64,000 bases of DNA from Eledone cirrhosa. Lineage: Eukaryota. Within the stretch, counting starts at the first letter, position 1, and each line of letters starts with the position of its first letter. The notes under the pieces were generated by a model, which had not been told where the DNA came from, ran no database searches, and saw only the letters and a list, made by a program, of their open reading frames with translations. Where the stretch lies: the NCBI GenBank assembly GCA_964016885.1, contig OZ024742.1:135346001-135410000 (forward strand). Direction: 5' to 3'. Of this stretch, positions 28,941 through 41,360 are shown piece by piece. The translations under genes and the position numbers were made by a program.

Positions 28941-29811
28941 TACGATCTATACGTGGATGTTTTACTTCTCGATGTGGGAGCTAAGTATATTTTTTGTTTA
29001 TACCTTTACTTATTTGCATAGGTAAGTATATATTATCCGTATGTTTTGTGAAGGTACGTATACCTTCTCGTACGTATATTTGATCGTTATGGCTATAATG
29101 TTTTTATATATTCTGGTACATATGTTTAGGCTATGTGTATACGGGTGTTTTGCGTCTGTGTGAGTATGCAGGTTCGTACGTATGTAGGGCGTGTGTATAT
29201 GTGTACTTCATGTTTTGGTTGACTTACGTCTCCGAACATTCGTGTATTTACATGTAGGTATGTGTGTGCGCTTGTTATATACGTATTTATTTATTTATAT
29301 ACGTTTATATAATTATTTATTTATTCGTATACACGCTTACACACACACACATATTTATATGCGCGTGGTTTTGTTTACCTATTGTAAGATTTTGCGTATG
29401 TTTGTGTATGTACGTATTTGTTTGCGTGTATCTATTTATTTATTTATTTTACTTCTGTATTGTATTTACTTTGTTCTTAACTCTGTAGCGGAGATTCATT
29501 CGGTCTCCTAGTTAGAATTTTAGTCTACGACTTCTGTAAACGCAGAACTGGATATTTCAAAAAACGTTGCAACCGGAGGAAGACAGGAAGACGATACTTT
29601 GGTTCGTGGTAACGTTCGCTGGCAAAGAACGGGAAAAAACGAATAATACGTCATTAATAGGAGCGGTGAAAACAATTATGCGCAAAGACAGAACCACGTT
29701 TATGGTATAAAAGAGGTCGTAGACTAATGTTCTCTTAGATCTTTCTTTATTACGAAGCATTTTCCCCCTACACATAAATATAGTAAAATTTTTAATAGAA
29801 ATACTATTAAA

Positions 29812-30357
29812 ATGTCTTACTCTACGACTCCTAACCTTGCACATAACATCACAGCTTCAAATTTAGCTAAACTACCTAGCCGTAGGAACACGTGCAACCC
29901 TGTAGTTAGTACTAACTGTAATTGTAGGAATCGGGCTGATTGCCCCCTATCCGGGAAATGCCTCTCTAGTAACATTGTCTACAAATGTAAGGTTGTAACA
30001 CCCACGTCCCATAGGGCCTACATAGGGTTAACCGCCAATAGTTTCAAGCAGCGTCTTTACATGCATACCCATTCTTTTCGCTACCCTCTAAGAAGGAATA
30101 TGACGTCACTTTCAGCTTATATCTGGAGTCTAAAAGATAACCACACCCAATATAAGTTACACTGGGAGATCCTAGCTAGGGCTAGATCGTATAACGGAAA
30201 TAAAAGACCATGTGACCTCTGCGCCGCTGAGGCCCTGGAAATACTCTACGCCACAGACCGCATCTTAAACAAAAAATCTGAGGCAATTTCGGCTTGTAAA
30301 CATAAATTGCACCAAACTTTCCTGTATTACAGCCCCACGTTATACCCTAACGGATAG
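29812..30357 (+). CDS. PLE GIY-YIG endonuclease ORF, copy 2
   Basis: 181 aa; differs from copy 1 at 2 residues (E>D, K>E). Confidence 0.8.
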   Translation: MSYSTTPNLAHNITASNLAKLPSRRNTCNPVVSTNCNCRNRADCPLSGKCLSSNIVYKCKVVTPTSHRAYIGLTANSFKQRLYMHTHSFRYPLRRNMTSLSAYIWSLKDNHTQYKLHWEILARARSYNGNKRPCDLCAAEALEILYATDRILNKKSEAISACKHKLHQTFLYYSPTLYPNG

Positions 30358-31337
30358 CACGACCTATACGTGGATATTTTACGTCTTGATGTGGGAGCTA
30401 AGTATATGTTTTGTTTATTCCTTTACTTATTTGCATAGGTAAGTATATATTACCCGTATGTTTTGTGAAGGTTTGTATACTTTCTCGTACGTATATTTGA
30501 CTGTTATGGCGTATAATTTTTACATAGTCTGGTATTTAGGGTTTGGCTATGTGTATACGGGAGTTTCGCGTCTGCGTGAGTATGCAGGTTCGTACGTATG
30601 GTGGGTGTGTGTATATGTGTACTTCTTGTTTTAGTTGACTTACGTCTCCGATCATCCGTGTATTTATATGTAGGTATGCGTGTGCGCTTGTTATATACGT
30701 ATTTATTTACTTATATACATTGATATATAATTATTTATTTATTTGTACACAAGCATACACACACACACACATATTTATATGTGCGTGGTTTTGTATACCT
30801 ATGGTAAGGTTTTGCGTATGCTTGTGTATGTACGTATCTGTTTGCATGTATGTATTTATTTGTTTCTATTACTTCTGTATTGTATTTATTTACTTTGTTC
30901 TTAACTCTGTAGCGGAGATTAATTTTAGTCTACGACTTCTGCTATACCATTTACGTGGTTTTGTCTTTGCGTGCTATTGTTCTCCACGCTCCACATATGA
31001 CTTATTATCTTCGTTTTTTCGTTCATTGCCAGAGAACGTCTCTATGCACCACCTAAGAGAACATTAGTCTACGACCTCTTTTATATCATAAACGTGGTTC
31101 TGTCTTTGCGCGTAATTGTTTTTCACCGCTCCTATTAATGACGTATTATTCGTTTTTTCCCGTTCTTTGCCAGCGAACGTTACCACGAACCAAAGTATCG
31201 TCTTCCTGTCTTCCTCCGGTTGCAACGTTTTTTGAAATATCCAGTTCTGCGTTTACAGATTGACTTTGTTAGTTTCAGAAGATCCCGTTAAGGGTGAAAG
31301 CAGCGATTCTTTGCTTAAACTTTAATCTGTTATTTTA

Positions 31338-31469
<132 letters not shown>

Positions 31470-31478
31470 GTATATATA

Positions 31479-31552
<74 letters not shown>

Positions 31553-32642
31553 ACCACACCCAATATAAGTTACACTGGGAGATCCTAGCTAGGGCTAGAT
31601 CGTATAACGGAAATAAAAGACCATGTGACCTCTGCGCCGCTGAGGCCCTGGAAATACTCTACGCCGCAGACCACATCTTAAACAAAAAATCTGAAGCAAT
31701 TTCGGCTTGTAAACATAAATTGCACAAAACTTTCCTGTATTACAACCCGACGTTATACCCTAACGGATAGTACGATCTATACGTGGATGTTTTACGTCTC
31801 GATGTGGGAGCTAAGTATATTTTTTATTTATACCTTTACTTATTTGCATAGGTAAGTATATATTATCCGTATGTTTTGTGAAGGTACGTATACCTTCTCG
31901 TACGTATATTTGATTGTTATGGCTATAATGTTTTTATATATTCTGGTACATATGTTTAGGCTATGTGTATACAGGTGTTTTGCGTCTGTGTGAGTATGCA
32001 GGTTCGTACGTATGTAGGGCGTGTGTATATGTGTACTTCATGTTTTGGTTGACTTACGTCTCCGAACATTCGTGTATTTACATGTAGGTATGTGTGTGCG
32101 CTTGTTATATACGTATTTATTTATTTATATACGTTTATATAATTATTTATTTATTCGTATACACGCTTACACACACACACATATTTATATGCGCGTGGTT
32201 TTGTTTACCTATTGTAAGATTTTGCGTATGTTTGTGTATGTACGTATTTGTTTGCGTGTATCTATTTATTTATTTATTTTACTTCTGTATTGTATTTACT
32301 TTGTTCTTAACTCTGTAGCGGAGATTCATTCGGTCTCCTAGTTAGAATTTTAGTCTACGACTTCTGTAAACGCAGAACTGGATATTTCAAAAAACGTTGC
32401 AACCGGAGGAAGACAGGAAGACGATACTTTGGTTCGTGGTAACGTTCGCTGGCAAAGAACGGGAAAAAACGAATAATACGTCATTAATAGGAGCGGTTAA
32501 AAACAATTATGCGCAAAGACAGAACCACGTTTATGGTATAAAAGAGGTCGTAGACTAATGTTCTCTTAGATCTTTCTTTATTACGAAGCATTTTCCCCCT
32601 ACACATAAATATAGTAAAATTTTTAATAGAAATACTATTAAA

Positions 32643-33188
32643 ATGTCTTACTCTACGACTCCTAACCTTGCACATAACATCACAGCTTCAAATTTAGCTA
32701 AACTACCTAGCCGTAGGAACACGTGCAACCCTGTAGTTAGTACTAACTGTAATTGTAGGAATCGGGCTGATTGCCCCCTATCCGGGAAATGCCTCTCTAG
32801 TAACATTGTCTACAAATGTAAGGTTGTAACACCCACGTCCCATAGGGCCTACATAGGGTTAACCGCCAATAGTTTCAAGCAGCGTCTTTACATGCATACC
32901 CATTCTTTTCGCTACCCTCTAAGAAGGAATATGACGTCACTTTCAGCTTATATCTGGAGTCTAAAAGATAACCACACCCAATATAAGTTACACTGGGAGA
33001 TCCTAGCTAGGGCTAGATCGTATAACGGAAATAAAAGACCATGTGACCTCTGCGCCGCTGAGGCCCTGGAAATACTCTACGCCACAGACCGCATCTTAAA
33101 CAAAAAATCTGAGGCAATTTCGGCTTGTAAACATAAATTGCACCAAACTTTCCTGTATTACAGCCCCACGTTATACCCTAACGGATAG
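32643..33188 (+). CDS. PLE GIY-YIG endonuclease ORF, copy 3
   Basis: Protein identical to copy 2. Confidence 0.8.
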   Translation: MSYSTTPNLAHNITASNLAKLPSRRNTCNPVVSTNCNCRNRADCPLSGKCLSSNIVYKCKVVTPTSHRAYIGLTANSFKQRLYMHTHSFRYPLRRNMTSLSAYIWSLKDNHTQYKLHWEILARARSYNGNKRPCDLCAAEALEILYATDRILNKKSEAISACKHKLHQTFLYYSPTLYPNG

Positions 33189-34168
33189 CACGACCTATAC
33201 GTGGATATTTTACGTCTTGATGTGGGAGCTAAGTATATGTTTTGTTTATTCCTTTACTTATTTGCATAGGTAAGTATATATTACCCGTATGTTTTGTGAA
33301 GGTTTGTATACTTTCTCGTACGTATATTTGACTGTTATGGCGTATAATTTTTACATAGTCTGGTATTTAGGGTTTGGCTATGTGTATACGGGAGTTTCGC
33401 GTCTGCGTGAGTATGCAGGTTCGTACGTATGGTGGGTGTGTGTATATGTGTACTTCTTGTTTTAGTTGACTTACGTCTCCGATCATCCGTGTATTTATAT
33501 GTAGGTATGCGTGTGCGCTTGTTATATACGTATTTATTTACTTATATACATTGATATATAATTATTTATTTATTTGTACACAAGCATACACACACACACA
33601 CATATTTATATGTGCGTGGTTTTGTATACCTATGGTAAGGTTTTGCGTATGCTTGTGTATGTACGTATCTGTTTGCATGTATGTATTTATTTGTTTCTAT
33701 TACTTCTGTATTGTATTTATTTACTTTGTTCTTAACTCTGTAGCGGAGATTAATTTTAGTCTACGACTTCTGCTATACCATTTACGTGGTTTTGTCTTTG
33801 CGTGCTATTGTTCTCCACGCTCCACATATGACTTATTATCTTCGTTTTTTCGTTCATTGCCAGAGAACGTCTCTATGCACCACCTAAGAGAACATTAGTC
33901 TACGACCTCTTTTATATCATAAACGTGGTTCTGTCTTTGCGCGTAATTGTTTTTCACCGCTCCTATTAATGACGTATTATTCGTTTTTTCCCGTTCTTTG
34001 CCAGCGAACGTTACCACGAACCAAAGTATCGTCTTCCTGTCTTCCTCCGGTTGCAACGTTTTTTGAAATATCCAGTTCTGCGTTTACAGATTGACTTTGT
34101 TAGTTTCAGAAGATCCCGTTAAGGGTGAAAGCAGCGATTCTTTGCTTAAACTTTAATCTGTTATTTTA

Positions 34169-34290
<122 letters not shown>

Positions 34291-34299
34291 GTATATATA

Positions 34300-34355
<56 letters not shown>

Positions 34356-35967
34356 ACCACACCCAATATAAGTTACACTGGGAGATCCTAGCTAGGGCTA
34401 GATCGTATAACGGAAATAAAAGACCATGTGACCTCTGCGCCGCTGAGGCCCTGGAAATACTCTACGCCGCAGACCACATCTTAAACAAAAAATCTGAAGC
34501 AATTTCGGCTTGTAAACATAAATTGCACAAAACTTTCCTGTATTACAACCCCACGTTATACCCTAACGGATAGTACGATCTATACGTGGATGTTTTACGT
34601 CTCGATGTGGGAGCTAAGTATATTTTTTATTTATACCTTTACTTATTTGCATAGGTAAGTATATATTATCCGTATGTTTTGTGAAGGTACGTATACCTTC
34701 TCGTACGTATATTTGATTGTTATGGCTATAATGTTTTTATATATTCTGGTACATATGTTTAGGCTATGTGTATACGGGTGTTTTGCGTCTGTGTGAGTAT
34801 GCAGGTTCGTACGTATGTAGGGCGTGTGTATATGTGTACTTCATGTTTTGGTTGACTTACGTCTCCGAACATTCGTGTATTTACATGTAGGTATGTGTGT
34901 GCGCTTGTTATATACGTATTTATTTATTTATATACGTTTATATAATTATTTATTTATTCGTATACACGCTTACACACACACACATATTTATATGCGCGTG
35001 GTTTTGTTTACCTATTGTAAGATTTTGCGTATGTTTGTGTATGTACGTATTTGTTTGCGTGTATCTATTTATTTATTTATTTTACTTCTGTATTGTATTT
35101 ATTTACTTTGTTCTTAACACTGTAGCGGAGATTCATTCGGTCTCCTAGTTAGAATTTTAGTCTACGACTTCTGTAAACGCAGAACTGGATATTTCAAAAA
35201 ACGTTGCAACCGGAGGAAGACAGGAAGACGATACTTTGGTTCGTGGAAACGTTCCCTGGCTAAGAACGGGAAAAAACGAATATAATACGTCATTAATAGG
35301 AGCGGTGAAAAACAATTACGCACAAAGACAGAACCACGTTTATGGTATAAAAGAGGTCGTAGACTAATGTTCTCTTAGGTGGTGCATAGAGACGTTCTCT
35401 GGCAATGAACGAAAAAAAACGAAAATAATACGTCATATGTGAAGCATGGAGAACAATATTACGCAAAGACAAATCCACGTAAATGGTATAGCAGAAGTCG
35501 TAGACCAAATTGTAACTAGGAGACCGCATGAATCTCCGCTACAGAGTTAAGAACAAAGAAAAGAAATACAATACAGAAGTAATAGGAATAAATAAATACA
35601 TACACGCAAACAAAAACGTACATACACAAGCATACGCAACAACTTACCATAGGCAAACAAAACCACGCACATATAAATATGTGTGTGTGTGTAAGCGTGT
35701 GTAAGCTTTTATACCATAAACATGGTTCTGTCTTTGCGCGTAATTGTTTTTCACCGCTCCTATTAATGACGTATTATATTCGTTTTTTCCCGTTCTTAGC
35801 CAGCGAACGTTTCCACGAACCAGAGTATTGTCTTCCTGTCTTTCACCGCTTGCACCGTTTTTTGAAATATCCAGTTCTGCGTTTACAGATTGACTTTGTT
35901 AGTTTCAGAAGATCCCGTTAAGGGTAAAAGTAGCGATTATTTGCTTAAACTTTAATCTGTTATTTTA

Positions 35968-36039
<72 letters not shown>

Positions 36040-36044
36040 ATGTG

Positions 36045-36179
36045 TGTGAATGAAGTAATTCCGTCGGAAAAGTCCAGTAAAAAAGAGTGCTCTATGTAGG
36101 TAACAGAGCTTAATAGTTATGTAATAAACAACATAAGGCAATTATTCCATTTACCAGTGGTTTCTTAAAAGCAAAAGAT
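36045..36179 (-). repeat. Inverted copy of ~26392-26525 (3' half of the HHR plus tail)
   Basis: GAATGAAGTAATTCCGTCGGAAAAGTCCAG... is the reverse complement of the left flank of the array. Confidence 0.85.
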
Positions 36180-36412
36180 ATATGTGTGTATATGTATATA
36201 TATATATGTATGTGTATATATATATATAGAAGATTTCAACCAGAATGGTTGCATTTTTTAAGGGTATGTCTATATTTATTTGTAAAACTAACCTATATCA
36301 TATTTTATCTTATGAAAGCGCACCCTAGTTTGTTTTGGTGGCCCTTGAAATATGTATAATGAAATAAATATGGTTTTATAAATATAGTTTCCATTTGTTA
36401 ATATATTATATA

Positions 36413-36466
<54 letters not shown>

Positions 36467-36478
36467 AGTGTGTGGGGG

Positions 36479-36512
<34 letters not shown>

Positions 36513-36753
36513 TGTGAGTGTGTATATGTATATATATACATATATATATGTGTATGTGTGTATGTGTGTGTGTATGTATATATATATATATATATGTGTG
36601 AAATATTATGTTTATATATATGTATATATATATATGTATGTTTATATATATATATATATATATATGGATATATATATGTAAATGTTTATATATGTGTGTA
36701 TATATGTGTATATGTATGTGTATGTATATGTATATGTTTATATATATATATAC

Positions 36754-36818
<65 letters not shown>

Positions 36819-37350
36819 TGTGTGTGTGCGTGTGTACATGTAAATGTGTCTGTTGACACCTGGAATATAGCGTAAGAGAAATATGACAATAATGATATGA
36901 TAGGCACCCAATATTTTGAACTGGTTTATAGAATTATCTTGCCCTTTGTCACTCTAAGTAGAGCTTTAAAGAATTAGCTTTTAAAGAATTTCACTTTTCA
37001 TTAAATCCATCAACCATGACCGACCCCCAGCCATCTGATAGACATCTGAAATATAGGCATTGTTAGCTTAAGAGAAACTTAAAAATAAGGTGTGGCACCC
37101 CATTCTGAACTTGTTTATAGAATTATTTCTGCCTTTGTCACTTTAAATATAAATTATAGCCTTAAAGAATTAGCTTTTAATGAATTCCATTTTCTTTCAA
37201 CCAATGACCTCCATCCATCCCACTCCCCACCCTCTCCTACCACCTAAAAAGATATAAATACCACAACATTTATTTTTGGAAAGCCAGATTCCTGATGATT
37301 TCTAAAGATTGAAACAATTCTAATCCTGTAGAATGTCATCTATATTAAAA

Positions 37351-37441
<91 letters not shown>

Positions 37442-37446
37442 ATATA

Positions 37447-38074
37447 TAAGTAAGTACACGTACATACATATATGTATACAGACGTACAGTAGTATGTATA
37501 TATATATACATACATGCACACATATATATACTTACGTATGGATTCACCGAACATTTATTATAATATTCAGTGTGTTTGTAAACAAACATCCCGTATTAAG
37601 CCGTAATTTCTAGCAACCATCGTTGCTCGTTTGTTCAACACTGACAAAGGAACGCTGTACTAGTTTCAAGCTTATTAGCTATCATCAGCAACGTATACCT
37701 TCCTGCCAGATTGTTGAACGTATATACTTCCTTTATGCATATTAACGGCGGCTGAGTAGCCCAATTTGCATATCGAGTGGGTTAATCGGCCGGGGGCACC
37801 GAAAACAATAAACGGAAAAAAATGAAACGAAATTTCATTTCCCACTCTTAGTGCGGCTGTTACTTAAATATAAGTATATACACGTACAGACATATATGTA
37901 TACATATGTTCGGTGAATCCACACGTACATATATATATGTATGCATGTATGTATATATATATATATACATACTACTGTACGTCTGTATACATATATGTAT
38001 GTACGTATACATACTTATATTTAAGTAACAGCCGTACTAAGAGTGGGAAATGAAATTTCGTTTCATTTTTTACC

Positions 38075-38078
<4 letters not shown>
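37447..38078. mobile_element. Second inverted pair of the ~430-bp HHR repeat (minus ~37447-37905, plus ~37906-38078)
   Basis: Homologous to 22875-23822. Confidence 0.8.
37652..37694 (-). ncRNA. Minimal type I hammerhead ribozyme
   Basis: ACGTTG-CTGATGA-TAGCTAATAAGCTT-GAAACTAGTA-CAGCGT. Confidence 0.85.
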
Positions 38079-38125
<47 letters not shown>

Positions 38126-39262
38126 TATATATATATGTACACATACATACAAACTACACATACGTACACCTAACCTCATACACACATACATACACACATA
38201 TATATATAAAAAACTCTACATGCATACGCTCACCCACATATATACATATATATATACATGCACACATATATACATGTACATACGTACACGGACGGCCACG
38301 TGCACACACATGCACATATGCATATTTGCTTACACACACATGCTTCCACTTATACATATATAAACAAAACCGTAAAATAAATATATAATATATAATAAAA
38401 ATATATTATACAATAAAATAACAATAAAATAACATACATAAAATAACAATATAGTATACAATATAATATACATATATATATATACGTGCTTATATATTCA
38501 TACATACATATATATATACATACACAATGGATATATGATAAAATAATACATAATAAAATGAATATATATTCTATCCGTACACATTTCTGTGAGATGTATT
38601 CATATATATATACACATAAATACACATACGTATAGAGACCCGCATATACATACATACGCGCACATACATATATATATACATACGCACCCACATACAATCA
38701 CATACTCAAACACAGCTATACATATATATATACATATATATATATATATACACAGAGCCACATTGTACATACATGTACATGCATGCACACACACACGTAT
38801 AAGCTCATGTATATACGTACACATGGACACATACACACCTCCCATACACACACAAGTATATATATATATCTACATACACACACACATATACATACGCACA
38901 GATCTACACATAAAAACACACATATAAACACAATAAGATAATAAGATAGAATAAATAAATTTACAATATGTTAAAATACATTAAAATCTGTATGTAACTT
39001 CACAAAGAGATGAATAAAAAAGGTGGGAGGAACAAGAGAAGGTGCGTGTATCCATGTGATATACTACACACAGGTAGTATGAGGGGCAACAATAACAAAA
39101 CAATAACAATAACAAAACAATAATAACAGTAATAATAATTGTTCCAAAGTGGAATGACGTGGAATAACAACAGCCAATGGCATGCCAAGAATGGAAGATG
39201 TTTTTTGAAGGTGTTTTTGACGATAACACTCCATTGAGAAAATTTTCTCCCAACGAACTGCC

Positions 39263-39353
39263 CGTGTCCGAAGGAAGCTGCAGCCGTAGAATCAGCCAAA
39301 TCGATACAGTGATCATGTCTCGACCTACCTGCCGGCGAAACAATTGTAACACG
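39263..39353 (+). ncRNA. Variant hammerhead ribozyme at a PLE-like 3' end
   Basis: CGTGT-CCGAAGGA-A-GCTGCAG...CTGCCGGC-GAAAC-AATT-GTA-ACACG then AATAAA; core box deviates from CUGANGA. Confidence 0.55.
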
Positions 39354-39410
39354 CAATAAACTGAGTCCAGATGCATCACTCATTTTTCGTTTATATATAT
39401 ATGTATATAT

Positions 39411-41172
39411 ATTGTTATACTTTGGGAGGGTCATGTTGCCAATAAGAAACACACGCACCACATGTTCACTTCAATTTATTATAATAAATTTATAAATTTA
39501 GGATTTTATAAATTTCCGGTTGGTAGGTTGGTTCCACAATCAGATGGTTGTTTATATATTGTCAAAGTTCTTTCGTCACACATTATGTGACCTCTTCAGT
39601 GACTGGGGATTCTTTTCTTTGTTTTTGTGACACTCCTTTGTTCTGTCCTACGCCATCTTGTTTCTGTGTGTGTTGTGTGCTAAGTCTGCGCATGCGCCAC
39701 ATCCAGATGTCTGTGTGTGTTTATATTCGTTCATTTATTTGTTTATTTACATGTTACAGGTTGGTTGTTTGTTCTATGTGCGTGTGTGTTTTCATTTTGT
39801 CCTTAATTGTAAGTTGTGATGTTGCTGTTCCACTCATGTTTTCTATTTAATTTTGGTTGTAATTCTTTTATGTTTATTGCCTCTGTGATTTGTCTAAACA
39901 TTGCGTCTTTTCTGTGTGTAGATTCTATTTTTATTTCTATGTTCTCTAATTTACCCTTATGTTCTATTTTAACATGTTGGTAGAGTAGAGATGATTCTTT
40001 ACTATCTTGAAGGTCTCGCCAGTGTTCATTTATCCGTTCCCCTACACTACGAGCTGTCTCACCGATGTACACTATATTTTTGTCTCTACATTGTCCTACA
40101 GTACATCTTATGCTATATACTACGTTTCTAGTTTTGCAGTTAATATGGGGGTTTAATTTACAGGTTATACATTTTTTGTCTATACAGGGGGTCTTTGAAA
40201 AGGGTATGTCTTGCTAATAAGTGTTTTTACGGAGGTACCTGGTCTTTCTACTATCTTAATATTGAGTTTATGTTTATCTAGGGCCCTTCTAAATGTGTAA
40301 GCTAATTCAACTCTAGGGGTTGTATCGATGAACATTACACTCTGGTATTTATTGCTATCATACCATGAGTTTATTCTATTAGCCTTATCCCTAGTTCTTT
40401 CTATTCTATTCCAAAATTTGCTCCTATACAAGGGGCAGGTCCCATTTGTTTCATTATTTACCATTTTTTCCCATTTGGTTCTGGCTCCTCTATACACTCT
40501 GCTTTTATCTCTCTGATTGTAACCAGAGAACTGCATACGGTGGATGAAGTGTTGTATGTGTCTCTCTAGTTCTTCGGGGTTGCACATGCGGGACACATTT
40601 CTCATCACTCGTACTAAATCCGCAATCAGTATGTTGATTTTGGTGTGATCCGAAACAGCTGAGTTTCGGTGGATCAGATATTTGGAAGTCATGGGTTTGG
40701 CATAATGGGAATGGAGGATTTGTTTTTTGTTATTAATGGTATCTAACCAGAGCTCTGTGTCTAGTACAGGTAATCGATGGTTGGGGTGTTTACTTGGGTA
40801 GTCTATAGTAACTCTAATACTCTGGTGGATGGAGTCAGCTATTTGCTGGATGCTTTCCATTGTGTTTTTCTCTAATACCTGACTGTTCTCTAGTGGGTGT
40901 GTTTTAACTACGATGTTTATATCATCAACGTAGCGGGAGTACATTATCAGGGTTAAGGGGTCTTCTAATTGTTCTTTGAGTTTAAGTTTAAGTCTACTGT
41001 TCCACCATACCATGAATAAGTTAGCTATGTCGCTGCAATGCTAACACCAATGGCTGCTCCTTCGTCTTGGGCATATGTTTTTCCATTAAATTTGAACATA
41101 TGTTCCTTAAGAGTTAATTTTTATGCTGGCCCCCACCGCATGTGCAATCATTTTCTTTAGTTCATCGTGGGA
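39411..41172 (-). mobile_element. Neptune-type PLE, 5'-truncated, copy 2 (RT plus GIY-YIG, frameshifted)
   Basis: YAQDEGAAIG, YSRYVDD (ORF 40180-41013), YIGETARSVGERINEH..EAINI..LN (ORF 39803-40072). Confidence 0.92.
39561..39603 (-). ncRNA. Minimal type I hammerhead ribozyme in Neptune copy 2
   Basis: GTCA-CTGAAGA-G-GTCACA-TAATG-TGTGAC-GAAAG-AA-CTT-TGAC. Confidence 0.75.
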
Positions 41173-41360
41173 AGTATACATACAATAAAAACGTGTAAAA
41201 TGTTATCACAAATGCAATTAAAAAAGTTAGTCGATTTTCACCAATAGGGGGAGAGACAGTTTATACGGGTAACACATACCCCCGAAAAAATGTGCAACCC
41301 TCATCTCCAGGAGTATGAAGAGTTTGTACTCCTTTCCTCTCCTCCTCCTTTTCCTCAACC

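Noticed and set aside
36903-37210. Diverged ~100-bp direct duplication about 190 bp apart
   Set aside because: Ordinary old local repeat with no functional signal
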